From NCBI GenBank assembly GCA_964016885.1, contig OZ024745.1, positions 100,378,001-100,442,000 on the forward strand: a stretch of 64,000 nt of DNA. The letters run 5' to 3'. The notes beneath the pieces were generated by a model that did not search any database, was not told the DNA's origin, and was given only the letters and a program-made list of their open reading frames with translations. This stretch comes from Eledone cirrhosa (taxonomy: Eukaryota). Position 1 is the first letter of the stretch. Every line of letters begins with the position of its first letter. Positions 63,552 through 64,000 of the stretch are shown here, piece after piece. Position numbers and translations under genes: made by a program.

Positions 63552-64000
63552 TCATATTTGACGGTATTAAGACGCACCAATATTTTTCTTGGATATTTTA
63601 CGGAGAATAGAACCAACTTCAGTGTTTCATAGATTTACTCTAGCCCTTAAGAAATATGGTAGATTGGTATCATTGAATACTAGTCCATGTAGACAAAGGG
63701 AACATATTAGTGAAAGTGTACAAAGTACAATGAGTAAAGTATATGCAGACAAAAGAACTATTTCATTAATATTCGTATACAGCAAAGAACAGAAAATAAA
63801 AATTGAATGTATTCAAATAATATCATTCTCTAGAAAACCTAAGAAATCTTCATCTTTAGAACTTGGTAAGCCAACATCCTCCCTTCTGGCATCCATATTA
63901 CTCTCTTCATCACTGAAATTCTTTACAATATGATCTGAGTCATCAATATTTCTGCAAATAATAAATCGACCGTAGTACCACAAAAGGCATTATTACTGCC
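63552..64000 (-). mobile_element. 3' end of a pogo-like DNA transposon
   Basis: TIR-like catatttgacggtattaagacgcacc. Minus-strand frame 63813-63950 encodes an acidic tail ending SKDEDFLGFLENDII*. Confidence 0.55.

Overview
Repeat-dominated animal genomic DNA, most likely from an octopod cephalopod (inferred from SINE types and extreme microsatellite load, not shown directly). Most of the listed ORFs are translations of (TA)n, (TG)n or (TACA)n tracts. One probable host exon (14966-15223, minus) encodes the N-terminus of a type II membrane protein. The remainder is mobile DNA: a nearly intact full-length L1/Tx1 LINE, a decayed Tx1, three R4/Dong-type LINE families, RTE and CR1 fragments, a five-copy array of a bipartite non-autonomous RTE element, about 20 Nin-domain tRNA-SINEs plus two other SINE types, hAT/mariner/pogo/Helitron-like remnants and Penelope-like (GIY-YIG) remnants. 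Two things stand out. First, short islands in the (TA)n tracts repeatedly carry minimal type I hammerhead ribozyme motifs, including a U3-A8 core variant and a 348-bp palindrome with one hammerhead per strand. Second, each retroelement family sits in its own microsatellite type. Coordinates of decayed repeats are approximate and were read by eye.
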